From: Candidatus Gastranaerophilales bacterium
GTDB taxonomy: Bacteria > Cyanobacteriota > Vampirovibrionia > Gastranaerophilales > Gastranaerophilaceae
NCBI GenBank assembly: GCA_910586855.1
Contig: CAJUJH010000001.1
Location: forward strand, 807,393-831,392
Direction: 5' to 3'
Length of the DNA stretch: 24,000 nucleotides
The notes below the pieces were generated by a model. That model was not told the origin of the DNA and did not search any database. It worked only from the letters and a program-made list of their open reading frames with translations. Positions 14,457 through 24,000 of the stretch are shown here, piece by piece. Both the position numbers and the translations under genes were made by a program. The number at the start of each line of letters is the position of its first letter. The first letter of the stretch is position 1.

Positions 14457-15509
14457 TTAGACATATATATAGTTAATTTTTATTGTAAAAAAGCACACAA
14501 GTGCAAGAATAATACAGAAAATAAATCCCAGATTTCTTGCTATGTAAAATCTGTACATAAAGTATTCAATATCTGCCTTTTGAATGATATCCCAATTTTC
14601 CATTGGTCCAAGGTACCATTTTGGGATGAACTTTAAATTTTTCATATTATTATAATCGTTTAATGAAATTATTAATTTAATTGAAAGCGGTGCTGTAAGA
14701 AGAATGCTGAGTAAAATCCAATACGGGAATTGCTTGCTTAAAGCAAGGTATATAATTATTAAATAAGCAATTAAAATTTCTCCGGCAAGTAAAATAAGAG
14801 CACCTTTTTTAGAACCGGTTAATGTACTCAAAGTTCTTTTTCCTGCCTTTTTATCGTAATCATAATCCATAATATTATGTGTGCTGAGTAAAACTACAAT
14901 AATAAGCCCAACCGCAATTGACATAATAAAAAGTTTATGGAGATAAAGCCCGGTAAGCGCTGTATAAGTTCCCATGATAAGTAATGGACCAAATATGGTT
15001 CCGACAATTGTTTCGCTTAAATAAAATCTTGATGATATTGGGTACAAAAGACATAAAATACCGGAAACAACTGCATAAAAAGGAATTATCCAGCCATAAA
15101 GAAAGGTAAAATAAATCCCTGATAAAATTCCAAATCCAAATAATATTCCAAGAATTACTTTAACGTCTTTAAGTGAATATGTGCCGTCTATTATAAGCCC
15201 TGCTTTATTTCTGACTTTGTCTTCAAATTTTATTTCAGATAATGGAGTTCCGTTTTTTATTTGTTTTTTTACATCAATATAGTCATCCAGTAAATTTACA
15301 CCTAAATGCACACACATTATAGCTATAAAGGATAAAAATGTTGTAAACAGCTTAAGTTTTATATCAGAATAAAAGTGTGCCGACACTGATGCTGCAGCAG
15401 CTGCAACAAACCACGGAGCAGCAGAAGTCAAAAGAGTATAGCCCCTTGTAAGTTCTATAAACTGCAGTTTTAAAGTTTGAAAACTATTTAGAAATTCTTT
15501 TAATTTCAT
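14457..15509 (-). CDS. UbiA-superfamily aromatic prenyltransferase (MenA-like)
   Basis: 350 aa and polytopic. The first Asp-rich motif is NLLDDYIDVKK and the second is NIMDYDYDKKAGKRTL. An 11-nt gap to the PEBP gene suggests an operon. Confidence 0.75.
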   Translation of the reverse strand: MKLKEFLNSFQTLKLQFIELTRGYTLLTSAAPWFVAAAAASVSAHFYSDIKLKLFTTFLSFIAIMCVHLGVNLLDDYIDVKKQIKNGTPLSEIKFEDKVRNKAGLIIDGTYSLKDVKVILGILFGFGILSGIYFTFLYGWIIPFYAVVSGILCLLYPISSRFYLSETIVGTIFGPLLIMGTYTALTGLYLHKLFIMSIAVGLIIVVLLSTHNIMDYDYDKKAGKRTLSTLTGSKKGALILLAGEILIAYLIIIYLALSKQFPYWILLSILLTAPLSIKLIISLNDYNNMKNLKFIPKWYLGPMENWDIIQKADIEYFMYRFYIARNLGFIFCIILALVCFFTIKINYIYV

Positions 15510-15826
15510 TGTTTTTATTCCTATTTGATGTAAATTATTGTATCATTTTTTAAATATTTTTAAAACATTTGCTATTTAAAGTTTAAAATTAATGATTTTT
15601 TAATTAAAGATTCAACATATTAGAAGTTTTACAAAACTTAATACGAAGTGCTAAAAAACTAATAAAATTAGATGTTTGGAACATATTGTCATATTGTAAT
15701 GAAATCAATATTTAAAAAAACAATCAATAAAAATGATTAAAAAATACGTGAAAATCCAAATTATACTCTTGCTTTTGAATATTTAGTATGTATGATTAAA
15801 CTTATCAAATAAAATAAAGGATTAAA

Positions 15827-16042
15827 ATGTCAAAAGATGTAATTGAATTTGAAGGCACAATTTTAGAAGCTATGCCTAATGCAATGTTTAGAGTAGAGCT
15901 TGAAAACGGTCATGAAATTCTTGCACATATCTCAGGTAAAATCAGAAAAAACTTTATAAGAATCCTTCCCGGAGATAAAGTAAAAGTAGAAATGACACCA
16001 TATGATTTAACCCGCGGCAGAATTACATACAGATTAAAATAA
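15827..16042 (+). CDS. infA: Translation initiation factor IF-1
   Basis: 71 aa: [63 protein letters not shown]. Confidence 0.97.
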   Translation: MSKDVIEFEGTILEAMPNAMFRVELENGHEILAHISGKIRKNFIRILPGDKVKVEMTPYDLTRGRITYRLK

Positions 16043-16064
16043 TAAAGTAAAAAGGAAAAAATAA

Positions 16065-16181
16065 ATGAAAGTCAGAGCATCAGTAAAACCAATTTGCAAA
16101 GATTGCAAGGTAATTAAAAGAAGGGGAAGAGTTACAGTAGTATGTAAGAAATACCCTAAACACAAACAAAGACAAGGATAA
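16065..16181 (+). CDS. rpmJ: 50S ribosomal protein L36
   Basis: Not in the ORF track (38 aa): [38 protein letters not shown]. It has the Cys3-His zinc ribbon pattern and the conserved position between infA and rpsM. Confidence 0.95.
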   Translation: MKVRASVKPICKDCKVIKRRGRVTVVCKKYPKHKQRQG

Positions 16182-16272
16182 CGCAAGCCGGATGTGCAAA
16201 GGTAATTTATCTAACCTTAAAGCACAATTGCGAGCGCTTTATAAAGAACTTAATCAAAGGAGAATAAAATAA

Positions 16273-16638
16273 ATGGCAAGATTGTCTGGGGTTGATTTAC
16301 CCCGTAACAAAAGAATGATTATCGCATTGACCTATATTTATGGTATCGGTCCAACCAGAAGTAAAAAAATCCTAGAAGCTGCTGGAGTTTCAGAAGATTT
16401 AAGAACTGATGATTTAACCGATGATGATATTAAAAAACTTAGAACGGAAATCTCTCATTATACAGTTGAGGGTGACCTTAAAAGGGAAGAATCTTTAAAT
16501 ATTAAAAGATTATCTGAAATTGGCTCATACAGAGGTCAAAGACACAGAAGAAAATTACCGGTTAGAGGTCAGAGAACTAAAACCAATGCAAGAACCAGAC
16601 GCGGCAAAAAAACCGGACCTGTTGCTAAAAAGAAATAA
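16273..16638 (+). CDS. rpsM: 30S ribosomal protein S13
   Basis: [34 protein letters not shown].., with a basic C-terminal tail. Confidence 0.97.
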   Translation: MARLSGVDLPRNKRMIIALTYIYGIGPTRSKKILEAAGVSEDLRTDDLTDDDIKKLRTEISHYTVEGDLKREESLNIKRLSEIGSYRGQRHRRKLPVRGQRTKTNARTRRGKKTGPVAKKK

Positions 16639-16750
16639 AACAACTTAAGGCTTGCAAATAGTCTTTGATTTTGCAAGCTGCTGAAAATGCTCCTGAAACG
16701 GGGTAAAATACATTAAATTATCTTAAAAATAATAAAAGGAAGAAAATATA

Positions 16751-17137
16751 ATGGCTAAACCAACTAAAACTAAAAAGAAAGAAAGAAAGAATGTATTACA
16801 AGGTGTTGTACATATTCAATCCACCTTCAACAATACAATTGTAACTTCAACAGATACACAAGGTAATGCTGTTGCTTGGGCTTCTGCAGGTGCTTGCGGT
16901 TTTAAAGGTGCAAGAAAAGGTACACCGTTTGCTGCTCAATCTGCTGCGGAATTGGTTGCTAAAAAATCAGTAGACCAAGGCATGAAAAAAGTTGAAGTAT
17001 ATATTAAAGGTCCTGGGTCTGGACGTGAAACTGCTATAAGAGCAATTCAGGCTGCAGGTTTAGAAATTACATTAATTAAGGACGTAACACCTATTCCTCA
17101 CAATGGCTGCCGTCCGCCTAAAAAACGTAGAGTATAG
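16751..17137 (+). CDS. rpsK: 30S ribosomal protein S11
   Basis: [44 protein letters not shown]. Confidence 0.97.
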   Translation: MAKPTKTKKKERKNVLQGVVHIQSTFNNTIVTSTDTQGNAVAWASAGACGFKGARKGTPFAAQSAAELVAKKSVDQGMKKVEVYIKGPGSGRETAIRAIQAAGLEITLIKDVTPIPHNGCRPPKKRRV

Positions 17138-17191
17138 TAAACTCTATGATTCTGTACAAGTAATCACAAAAATAATAAAAGGAGCTAAAAA

Positions 17192-17794
17192 TTGGCTAAA
17201 TATAATGGACCAACAAATAAACTATTTAGAAACTATGGTGTTAAGGATTTATCAAACAGAAAATTAACATCTTCTATGGAGCAAAATGCATCTGGTCAAC
17301 ATGGCGCTCTTAGAAAAAAACCATCTGATTATGCATTACAATTAAAAGAAAAACAAAAAATCCGTTTAACATATTTAGTTAGCGAAAAACAATTTGCTAA
17401 ATATTACGAAAAAGCATCAAGAAAAACCGGTGTAACCGGTACTGTGATGCTTCAAACATTGGAAAGCCGTCTTGATAACGTGTTATTCAGAGCAGGTTTT
17501 GCAATTACAAGACGTCAGGCAAGACAAATTGTAAACCACGGTCACTGTCTTGTTAATGATAAAAAGGTAGATATCCCGTCATATCTTTTAAAAGAGGGTG
17601 ATGTAGTTACTGTAAAAGAAGCAAGCAAAAAATACATTAAAACCGTTATCGAATCAATTGATATGGCTTTAAATTATGCTTGGATTACTGTTGATAGTAA
17701 TGAATGCAAAATTACATTTGACAGAGTGCCCAACAGAGAAGAAATGGATCCGGAGTTTAAAGAACAGCTCGTTATTGAGTATTACTCAAAATAG
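17192..17794 (+). CDS. rpsD: 30S ribosomal protein S4
   Basis: TTG start with AAAGGAG upstream. It has the S4 N-terminal region and the S4 RNA-binding domain (RLDNVLFRAGFAITRRQARQIVNHGHCLVNDKKVDIPSY). Confidence 0.95.
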   Translation: MAKYNGPTNKLFRNYGVKDLSNRKLTSSMEQNASGQHGALRKKPSDYALQLKEKQKIRLTYLVSEKQFAKYYEKASRKTGVTGTVMLQTLESRLDNVLFRAGFAITRRQARQIVNHGHCLVNDKKVDIPSYLLKEGDVVTVKEASKKYIKTVIESIDMALNYAWITVDSNECKITFDRVPNREEMDPEFKEQLVIEYYSK

Positions 17795-17815
17795 TAATTA
17801 GGAGAAATTAACAGT

Positions 17816-18796
17816 ATGGAACTTAAAATTAAAAATGTAAATACAACCACAAGCTCTGATGGTTCTCAATACGGTAAATTCGTTATTGAACCATTGGAAA
17901 GAGGCTTTGGTGCTACAATTGGTAACTCTTTAAGAAGAGTTTTATTATCCAGTCTTGAAGGTGCTGCAGTAACAAGCGTTAGAATTGAAGGCATAACTCA
18001 CGAATATACATCTATTCCTGGTATTGTTGAAGATGTTATTGATATTATGTTAAATCTTAAAGGTTTAGTTGTAAAAACTGAAACTGATGAAATTCAACAT
18101 TTGAGAATAGATGCTACAAAACCCGGACCGGTTTTAGCTTCTGATATTCAATTACCTTCAGGTGTTAAAATTGTTAACCCGGACTGCGTTATTTGTACAA
18201 TTGCAGAAGGTGGTTCATTCCACGCTGATATCGTTGTTGAAGTTGGTAAAGGATATGTTGCTGTTGATGCACTTAAAGACCAAAAAAACGGGCTTCCTAT
18301 CGATATGCTTCCTATTGATGCAGCATTTATGCCTATTAAAAGAGTATCTTATCTAGTTGAACCTGCTCGTGTAGGTGAAGTTATTGACTATGATAAATTG
18401 ACTCTTGAAATTTGGTCAAATGGTTCAGTTGATGTTAACCAAGCTTTAAGCAAGGCTGCCAGTCTTTTAATTGACCATTTTAGACAAATTACCGGAATTA
18501 CAGGTCAGCCTGTTGGTGCTGCCTCTTTTGAAGAAGAAGCGGTTGTGGAAGATGAAACAGAACAAACACCTGCTTTCACTATTGAAGACCTTGAGCTTTC
18601 AGTTAGAGCATATAACTGCTTAAAGAGAGCAAGCATTAATTCAATGGCTGAACTTTTGAAAAAATCAGAACATGATTTATTAAATATCAAGAACTTCGGT
18701 AAAAAATCTTCTGATGAAGTAATTGAAAAGCTGCACGAATTAGGGTTGGACCTTCAACCAAATCCTGAAGGTGTAGATGATATGGAACTTATATAA
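17816..18796 (+). CDS. rpoA: DNA-directed RNA polymerase alpha subunit
   Basis: 326 aa. The N-terminal domain contains GKFVIEPLERGFGATIGNSLRRVLLSSLEGAA. The C-terminal domain contains LELSVRAYNCLKRASINSMAELLKKSEHDLLNIKNFGKKSSDEV. Confidence 0.97.
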   Translation: MELKIKNVNTTTSSDGSQYGKFVIEPLERGFGATIGNSLRRVLLSSLEGAAVTSVRIEGITHEYTSIPGIVEDVIDIMLNLKGLVVKTETDEIQHLRIDATKPGPVLASDIQLPSGVKIVNPDCVICTIAEGGSFHADIVVEVGKGYVAVDALKDQKNGLPIDMLPIDAAFMPIKRVSYLVEPARVGEVIDYDKLTLEIWSNGSVDVNQALSKAASLLIDHFRQITGITGQPVGAASFEEEAVVEDETEQTPAFTIEDLELSVRAYNCLKRASINSMAELLKKSEHDLLNIKNFGKKSSDEVIEKLHELGLDLQPNPEGVDDMELI

Positions 18797-18832
18797 TAGA
18801 ACTAATATAAAAATAATAAAGGAACAAATAAA

Positions 18833-19261
18833 ATGAGACACCAGTGTAAAAAACATCATTTAGGGAAGGCAGCAGATCAAAGAACCGCACTATTAAGGTC
18901 TTTAGCTACCGAACTATTCCTTCATGGTGAAATCGAAACAACAATGGCAAGAGCAAAAGCTCTTAAGCCTTTCGCTGAAAGTATCATTAGCTTTGCTAAA
19001 AAAGGTGATTTAGCATCTAGAAGACAAGCTGCTAAACATGTTTTTGATAAAGAAACAGATAAATATATTAATCTTGAAACCGGCGAATTGTATGATGCTC
19101 TTCCTGAAGGTGCAAAACACCCGAAACAAACTGTTTTAAGACAATTATTCACAGTTATCGGTAAGAAATATGCTACAAGAAACGGTGGTTATACAAGAAT
19201 TTTCAGACTAACTCCAAGAAGGGGCGATGCTTCTGAAATGGCTTTGATTCAATTAACATAA
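18833..19261 (+). CDS. rplQ: 50S ribosomal protein L17
   Basis: MRHQCKKHHLGKAADQRTALLRSLATELFLHGEIETTMARAKAL..GGYTRIFRL. Confidence 0.95.
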   Translation: MRHQCKKHHLGKAADQRTALLRSLATELFLHGEIETTMARAKALKPFAESIISFAKKGDLASRRQAAKHVFDKETDKYINLETGELYDALPEGAKHPKQTVLRQLFTVIGKKYATRNGGYTRIFRLTPRRGDASEMALIQLT

Positions 19262-20052
19262 TGAATCGATATTTAATAAGCTTTGAGTACGACGGAAGAG
19301 ATTTTTACGGTTCTCAAAGCCAGCCTGATAAAAGAACTGTTCAGGATGAATTAAATAAAGCAATTCGTACTTTGACAAAAGAAAATACTAAAATCATAAT
19401 GGCAGGAAGACTCGACAGGGGTGTGAATGCAAGATGCCATACGGCACATTTTGATGCAAAACACAAAATAGAAACGCCGCAAGATGAATTTAGATTTTTA
19501 AATTCATTGAATGCAATCTTGCCTCCCGATATTTCAGTCTTTAAGATTGAAATTAAAAATAAAGATTTCCATGCTCAAAAAAATGCTGCATTCAGGCATT
19601 ACAGGTATATTATAAGAAACTCTTTTATTAAACCGGTATTTGATAAAAACGTTCTTTTTATAAGAAAACCTTTGAATGTTCAATTAATGAATGAAGCAAT
19701 TCAAAACCTTATAGGTAAGTATGATTTTAGTGCTTTTAAGTCTGTCTCAGATAACCCTTCTACGGTTTGTGAAATCTATTTTGCAAATGTTGTTGAAAAA
19801 CCGCTTGAAAATGGTATGGGAAAATATCTTGAGATAAATATTATAGGGAACAGGTTTCTCTACAATATGGTAAGAGCAATAGTTGGAACTCTTTTAATGA
19901 TTGAAAAGGACGATATGCCACCTTCAAGAATGAAAGAGATTTTAGATTCTAAAAACAGAGCTCTTGCAGGACACAATGTTGAACCATATGGTTTGACATT
20001 AATAAAAACAGGGTATGACAGCCCTGAAAATTACATAAAAACAATTAATTAA
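19261..20052 (+). CDS. truA: tRNA pseudouridine(38-40) synthase TruA
   Basis: 263 aa. The start overlaps the rplQ stop (TAATG). It has the motifs YDGRDFYGSQSQP and AGRLDRGVNA (catalytic Asp) and RFLYNMVR. Confidence 0.9.
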   Translation: MNRYLISFEYDGRDFYGSQSQPDKRTVQDELNKAIRTLTKENTKIIMAGRLDRGVNARCHTAHFDAKHKIETPQDEFRFLNSLNAILPPDISVFKIEIKNKDFHAQKNAAFRHYRYIIRNSFIKPVFDKNVLFIRKPLNVQLMNEAIQNLIGKYDFSAFKSVSDNPSTVCEIYFANVVEKPLENGMGKYLEINIIGNRFLYNMVRAIVGTLLMIEKDDMPPSRMKEILDSKNRALAGHNVEPYGLTLIKTGYDSPENYIKTIN

Positions 20053-20067
20053 TGGAAAGGCAAATAA

Positions 20068-20514
20068 ATGAAGACATTTAGCGCAAAACCGCTTGAAGTT
20101 GAAAGAAAATGGCATTTAATTGATGCCGAAGGTGTTCCTTTGGGCAGATTGGCCGTTATCGCTGCAAATCTTCTAAGAGGTAAGCATAAACCACAATACA
20201 CGCCAAACGTTGATACTGGCGATTTTGTTATTGTTATAAATGCCGAAAAGGTTATTGTAACAGGTAAAAAAGAAACAGATAAAATGTATTATCACCATAC
20301 AGGATTCCCAGGTGGCTTTAGAAGTGCAAGCTTTAAAGAATTAATAGAAAAAGATGCAAGACTTCCTATTGAAAAAGCTGTTAAGGGTATGCTTCCGCAT
20401 AATACTTTGGGTTCAGAACAATTTACTAAATTAAAAGTTTATGCCGGAGCTGAGCATCCGCATGAAGCCCAAAAACCTGTAAAATATGAAATCAGCAAAG
20501 GAGAAGATAAGTAA
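20068..20514 (+). CDS. rplM: 50S ribosomal protein L13
   Basis: [48 protein letters not shown]. Confidence 0.97.
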   Translation: MKTFSAKPLEVERKWHLIDAEGVPLGRLAVIAANLLRGKHKPQYTPNVDTGDFVIVINAEKVIVTGKKETDKMYYHHTGFPGGFRSASFKELIEKDARLPIEKAVKGMLPHNTLGSEQFTKLKVYAGAEHPHEAQKPVKYEISKGEDK

Positions 20515-20918
20515 TGGCAGCTGAAAATAAGAATGTAATCGTTAAAACAGGCAGAAGAAAATGCTCTATTGCAGTTGCAAAAGTTTCTTCCGGAAAAGGC
20601 AGAGTTTTTGTAAATGGTAAGACATTAAGAGGATATTTTGGAAATCGTCCTTCTTTAGAAATGACAATTTTTAGACCTCTTGTTTTGACTGATAACCAAG
20701 ATAAACTTGATATTAATGTTAAAGCATTAGGCGGCGGCGTTTCAGCTCAAGCCGATGCCATTAAGCATGCAATTTCACGCGCTCTGCTTGCAATGAATGA
20801 AGAGTATAAACCTGTTTTAAAACAAGAAGGTTTATTAACCCGCGATGCAAGAATCAAAGAACGTAAAAAATATGGTAGAAAAAGAGCAAGAAAAAGATTC
20901 CAATTCTCAAAAAGATAA
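20514..20918 (+). CDS. rpsI: 30S ribosomal protein S9
   Basis: TAATG overlap with rplM. It contains GRRKCSIAVAKV..GKGRVFVNG and the C-terminal RKKYGRKRARKRFQFSKR. Confidence 0.97.
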   Translation: MAAENKNVIVKTGRRKCSIAVAKVSSGKGRVFVNGKTLRGYFGNRPSLEMTIFRPLVLTDNQDKLDINVKALGGGVSAQADAIKHAISRALLAMNEEYKPVLKQEGLLTRDARIKERKKYGRKRARKRFQFSKR

Positions 20919-20971
20919 TTTTTCAAAGCTCTTGCAGGAATTTTCAAACCTGCGATATCAATACAAATTTC

Positions 20972-21005
20972 AAAACCCGCTTATTTTTAAAGCGGGTTTT
21001 TTATT
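20972..21005. terminator. Rho-independent terminator after rpsI (possibly bidirectional with wecB)
   Basis: aaaacccgct (20972-20981) pairs with agcgggtttt (20991-21000), followed by TTATT. Confidence 0.85.
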
Positions 21006-21027
21006 ATATTAAATTAAAAAATTAAAA

Positions 21028-22179
21028 TTAAGAAAATCTACTTAAAATAATATCGGCAATTCTTTTTGAAGCAAGCCCGTCTCCATATGGGTTTACAGCC
21101 ATTTTCATTGAATTATAAAAATTATCATCATCCAAAAGCTGTCCCACGGTGGATGTAATTTTTTCCCTATTTGTACCAACGAGTTTAACGCAGCCGCTAT
21201 GAACCGCTTCCGGTCTTTCAGTTTCATCTCTTAAGACAAGTACCGGAACACCAAGAGATGGCGCTTCTTCTTGCACGCCGCCTGAATCAGTTAAAATGAT
21301 ATGCGCTTTTTTCATCAAGGCGCAAAACGGAGCATAATCCAGCGGCTCAATAAGTTTTACCCTCTCAACACCGTCAAGCTTTTTAAACACTATATCTCTA
21401 ACATTTGGATTCAAGTGAACAGGATATACAATTTCTATATCTTTATGTGCTTTAATGATATCTAAAACTGCATCACAAATGTTTTCTAACGGTTTGCCAA
21501 AATTCTCTCTTCTATGGGAGGTTAAAAGTATAGTTTTTAAATCTTCTCTAAGCCCTAAATATGAAAGGTCAAAATCTTTTTTCACCGTATACAAAAGGGC
21601 ATCAATTACGGTATTTCCTGTTTTGTATATTCTTCTGCCATCTTGGTATGAATTGTCCATACCTGCATTTAAAATACCTTCTTTGATTCCTGAATTTAAA
21701 AGATTTTCAATAGAACCCTCTGTTGGTGCAAAATGCAAATCAGAAACTGCATCCGCTAAAACCCTGTTAATTTCCTCAGGAAATGGGTAACCCTTATTAA
21801 ATGTGCGAAGCCCCGCCTCAACATGTCCTATCGGCACCCTTGCATAAAATGCACTTAAGGCGCTTGCAAAAGCAGTTGTCGTATCACCATGCACAAGCAC
21901 TATGTCAGGCTTTACTTCTTCAAATATATTTTTTGTTTCCATTAAGATTTCAGAAGTTAAACTCCACAGATTTTGATTTGGCTTCATTAAATTTAAATCA
22001 TAATCAGGGATGATTTCAAATAAATCCAAAACCTGGTCAAGCATTTGCCTGTGCTGCGCTGTTACAATTACAACAGGCTCAAATTCTGCCCTTTTCTTAA
22101 GTTCCAAGACAAGGGGTGCCATTTTAATGGCTTCAGGTCTGGTACCAAATATAACGGCAGTTCTAATTTTCTTATCCAT
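21028..22179 (-). CDS. wecB: UDP-N-acetylglucosamine 2-epimerase (non-hydrolysing)
   Basis: IFGTRPEAIKMAPL, HGDTTTAFASALSAFY, GHVEAGLRT, TDSGGVQEEAPSLGVPVLVLR. I place the start at the ATG (MDKKIRTAV..). The track ORF extends to a TTG at 22215. Confidence 0.93.
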   Translation of the reverse strand: MDKKIRTAVIFGTRPEAIKMAPLVLELKKRAEFEPVVIVTAQHRQMLDQVLDLFEIIPDYDLNLMKPNQNLWSLTSEILMETKNIFEEVKPDIVLVHGDTTTAFASALSAFYARVPIGHVEAGLRTFNKGYPFPEEINRVLADAVSDLHFAPTEGSIENLLNSGIKEGILNAGMDNSYQDGRRIYKTGNTVIDALLYTVKKDFDLSYLGLREDLKTILLTSHRRENFGKPLENICDAVLDIIKAHKDIEIVYPVHLNPNVRDIVFKKLDGVERVKLIEPLDYAPFCALMKKAHIILTDSGGVQEEAPSLGVPVLVLRDETERPEAVHSGCVKLVGTNREKITSTVGQLLDDDNFYNSMKMAVNPYGDGLASKRIADIILSRFS

Positions 22180-22363
22180 AAAAAGGATTGTATACAAATA
22201 ATTGGAAAAATACAAGGCTGATTTTCAAAATTTCTAATAATGGTACAAATTCCACTATTTTAAATTATTAATTTATGTAAAATTTTTTTCCAAACGTGCA
22301 TATCTCCAATTTATATATACTTTTTATATATAAAAGATAGCAATAAATATTCGGAGTTTAGAT

Positions 22364-23347
22364 ATGGTTAGTTTAATTTCATCCATTAAGGCAAACATAG
22401 TTAACAATTATAAAAATGCAGAACCTTTAAAAACTGCATCAAAAGCTAATGAAGCAAATCTGTTTGGTTTAAAAAATAGTGAAGAAAATGCTCTTTTTGA
22501 ACTAAACTTTGATGAAACCATTACCCCTCAGGCGCCTAAATATAAAGCTGGAAATTATGGTAATTTTACAAAGCATGCAGGTAATGGCAAGTTTGATGCT
22601 GATGCAATACAGGGGCAAATTGGTGACTGCGGCTTGCTATCTACCTTGCGCGCATTAAGAAACTCTGAAGGCGGTCAAAAAGCTGTTGGTGAAATAATGA
22701 GCTATTCTGCAGATACCGGCGAATGGAGTTTTAATTTTAAAACCAAAGATTTTGATGGTACAAATCCTATTGTTGTAACTCAAGCTGAAATTGACCAGGC
22801 TATAGCTGAAAAAAGAGTAAGTAAGGGCGATGATGATATTACGGCAATGGAACTTGCGGTAGAAAAGTATTTACAGCAAATTGGCGATAATGGCACACAG
22901 GATAATACGGTAAAACAAATATTTGATATACAAAATAAGAGTAGAAATGCAAGAATTGCAGCCGGTGCTGAAGATAAGGGCTATTTAGATGGTATATCAC
23001 CCTATATCGGCTATATATTTACAGGAAGTATTCCAAAACCATTGCATACCTATGATTCAAATCAGCAGCTTGCTGCAGAAGCTCTTGAAAGCTTTGATAA
23101 ATCTACAGATATGTTGATTTTTTCTCAAATACAATCAGGCGATGTAGCGAGTGGAGGAGATAACCCCTTCCTTATGCTGGGTGATGACCAGATTCTTGGT
23201 AATCATGCCTATACGGTTTGTGATGTTGAAGGCGATAATGTAATTCTTAGAGAATCAAATAACCCTTCTGAAACAATAACCGTAACTAAAGAAGAACTTC
23301 TAAACTGTGAGGGTAAAAACTCATTGTATGTATATTCTGCTAAATAA
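22364..23347 (+). CDS. Calpain-like (peptidase C2-like) cysteine protease; no signal peptide
   Basis: 327 aa, with GGAG 7 nt upstream. The catalytic-Cys motif IQGQIGDCGLLSTLRAL matches calpain QGxLGDCWLL. The His motif is LGNHAYTV (calpain GHAYSV). The Asn region is ILRESNNP (calpain LRNPWG). Confidence 0.65.
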   Translation: MVSLISSIKANIVNNYKNAEPLKTASKANEANLFGLKNSEENALFELNFDETITPQAPKYKAGNYGNFTKHAGNGKFDADAIQGQIGDCGLLSTLRALRNSEGGQKAVGEIMSYSADTGEWSFNFKTKDFDGTNPIVVTQAEIDQAIAEKRVSKGDDDITAMELAVEKYLQQIGDNGTQDNTVKQIFDIQNKSRNARIAAGAEDKGYLDGISPYIGYIFTGSIPKPLHTYDSNQQLAAEALESFDKSTDMLIFSQIQSGDVASGGDNPFLMLGDDQILGNHAYTVCDVEGDNVILRESNNPSETITVTKEELLNCEGKNSLYVYSAK

Positions 23348-23371
23348 AAATTGATTTTTTAATAATTCTAA

Positions 23372-23410
23372 AACGCACACTGATATTAAGTGTGCGTTCT
23401 TTATTTTTAA
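23372..23410 (+). terminator. Rho-independent terminator of the calpain-like gene
   Basis: aacgcacac (23372-23380) pairs with gtgtgcgtt (23390-23398), followed by CTTTATTTTT. Confidence 0.8.
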
Positions 23411-23467
23411 TATGCACTTATTTGTCATGACCTGTGTGTTTGTTGTAAAATGTTATTATTAGCCTAG

Positions 23468-24000
<533 letters not shown>

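Noticed and set aside
15510-15826. Break of the usual spc-operon context (no secY-adk-map upstream of infA) and a 317-nt very AT-rich spacer
   Set aside because: Operon fission at infA is common across bacteria. The spacer shows only a plausible promoter (TTGCTT-N16-TATGAT, 15769-15796), with no repeats or structured elements.
16650-16678. 9-bp hairpin gcttgcaaa/tttgcaagc between rpsM and rpsK
   Set aside because: No T-run follows, and it lies inside an operon that must be read through. It may be a processing or translational-control element, but the sequence alone supports no specific claim.
11488-22215. Antisense or nested track ORFs inside lepA, rpoA, rplQ, rpsI and wecB (e.g. 12716-12934, 12939-13121, 18162-18356, 18505-18690, 18922-19152, 20747-20947, 21455-21790, 21801-22013, 22010-22201)
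   Set aside because: All overlap genes with unambiguous conserved protein signatures. None has independent start signals.

Overview
This is an AT-rich bacterial chromosomal segment. I cannot assign the lineage from sequence alone. The infA-rpmJ-rpsM-rpsK-rpsD-rpoA-rplQ-truA-rplM-rpsI order and the prepilin-type protein suit a low-GC, possibly uncultivated lineage. The housekeeping backbone is recR and ybaB (minus strand), lepA (minus), the alpha-operon ribosomal cluster with truA-rplM-rpsI (plus, 15.8-20.9 kb), wecB (minus) and the 5' end of gyrA (plus). Four accessory-looking islands sit between these genes.

1. 1-5.5 kb: an EF-hand protein gene whose frame is broken at an A7 tract, with a G15 homopolymer in its promoter or leader. 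It is followed by an orphan 837-aa acidic coiled-coil protein and a 710-aa polytopic GT-C-like membrane protein.
2. 5.5-5.9 kb: a 400-nt 'empty' spacer. It holds two intrinsic terminators, promoter-like boxes, a hairpin that sequesters a Shine-Dalgarno (SD) site, and an unannotated 25-aa hydrophobic peptide ORF. The layout resembles a type I toxin locus.
3. 6.9-11.4 kb: a matrixin-like metzincin and a small XRE repressor. The repressor is divergent from a 1001-aa extremely glycine-rich protein with a class III (prepilin) signal and repeated tail-fibre-like glycine-rich modules. Two perfect palindromes lie in the shared control region. I consider this the most novel element in the window.
4. 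22.4-23.3 kb: a bacterial calpain-like cysteine protease.

No tRNA, rRNA, CRISPR array or transposase was seen.
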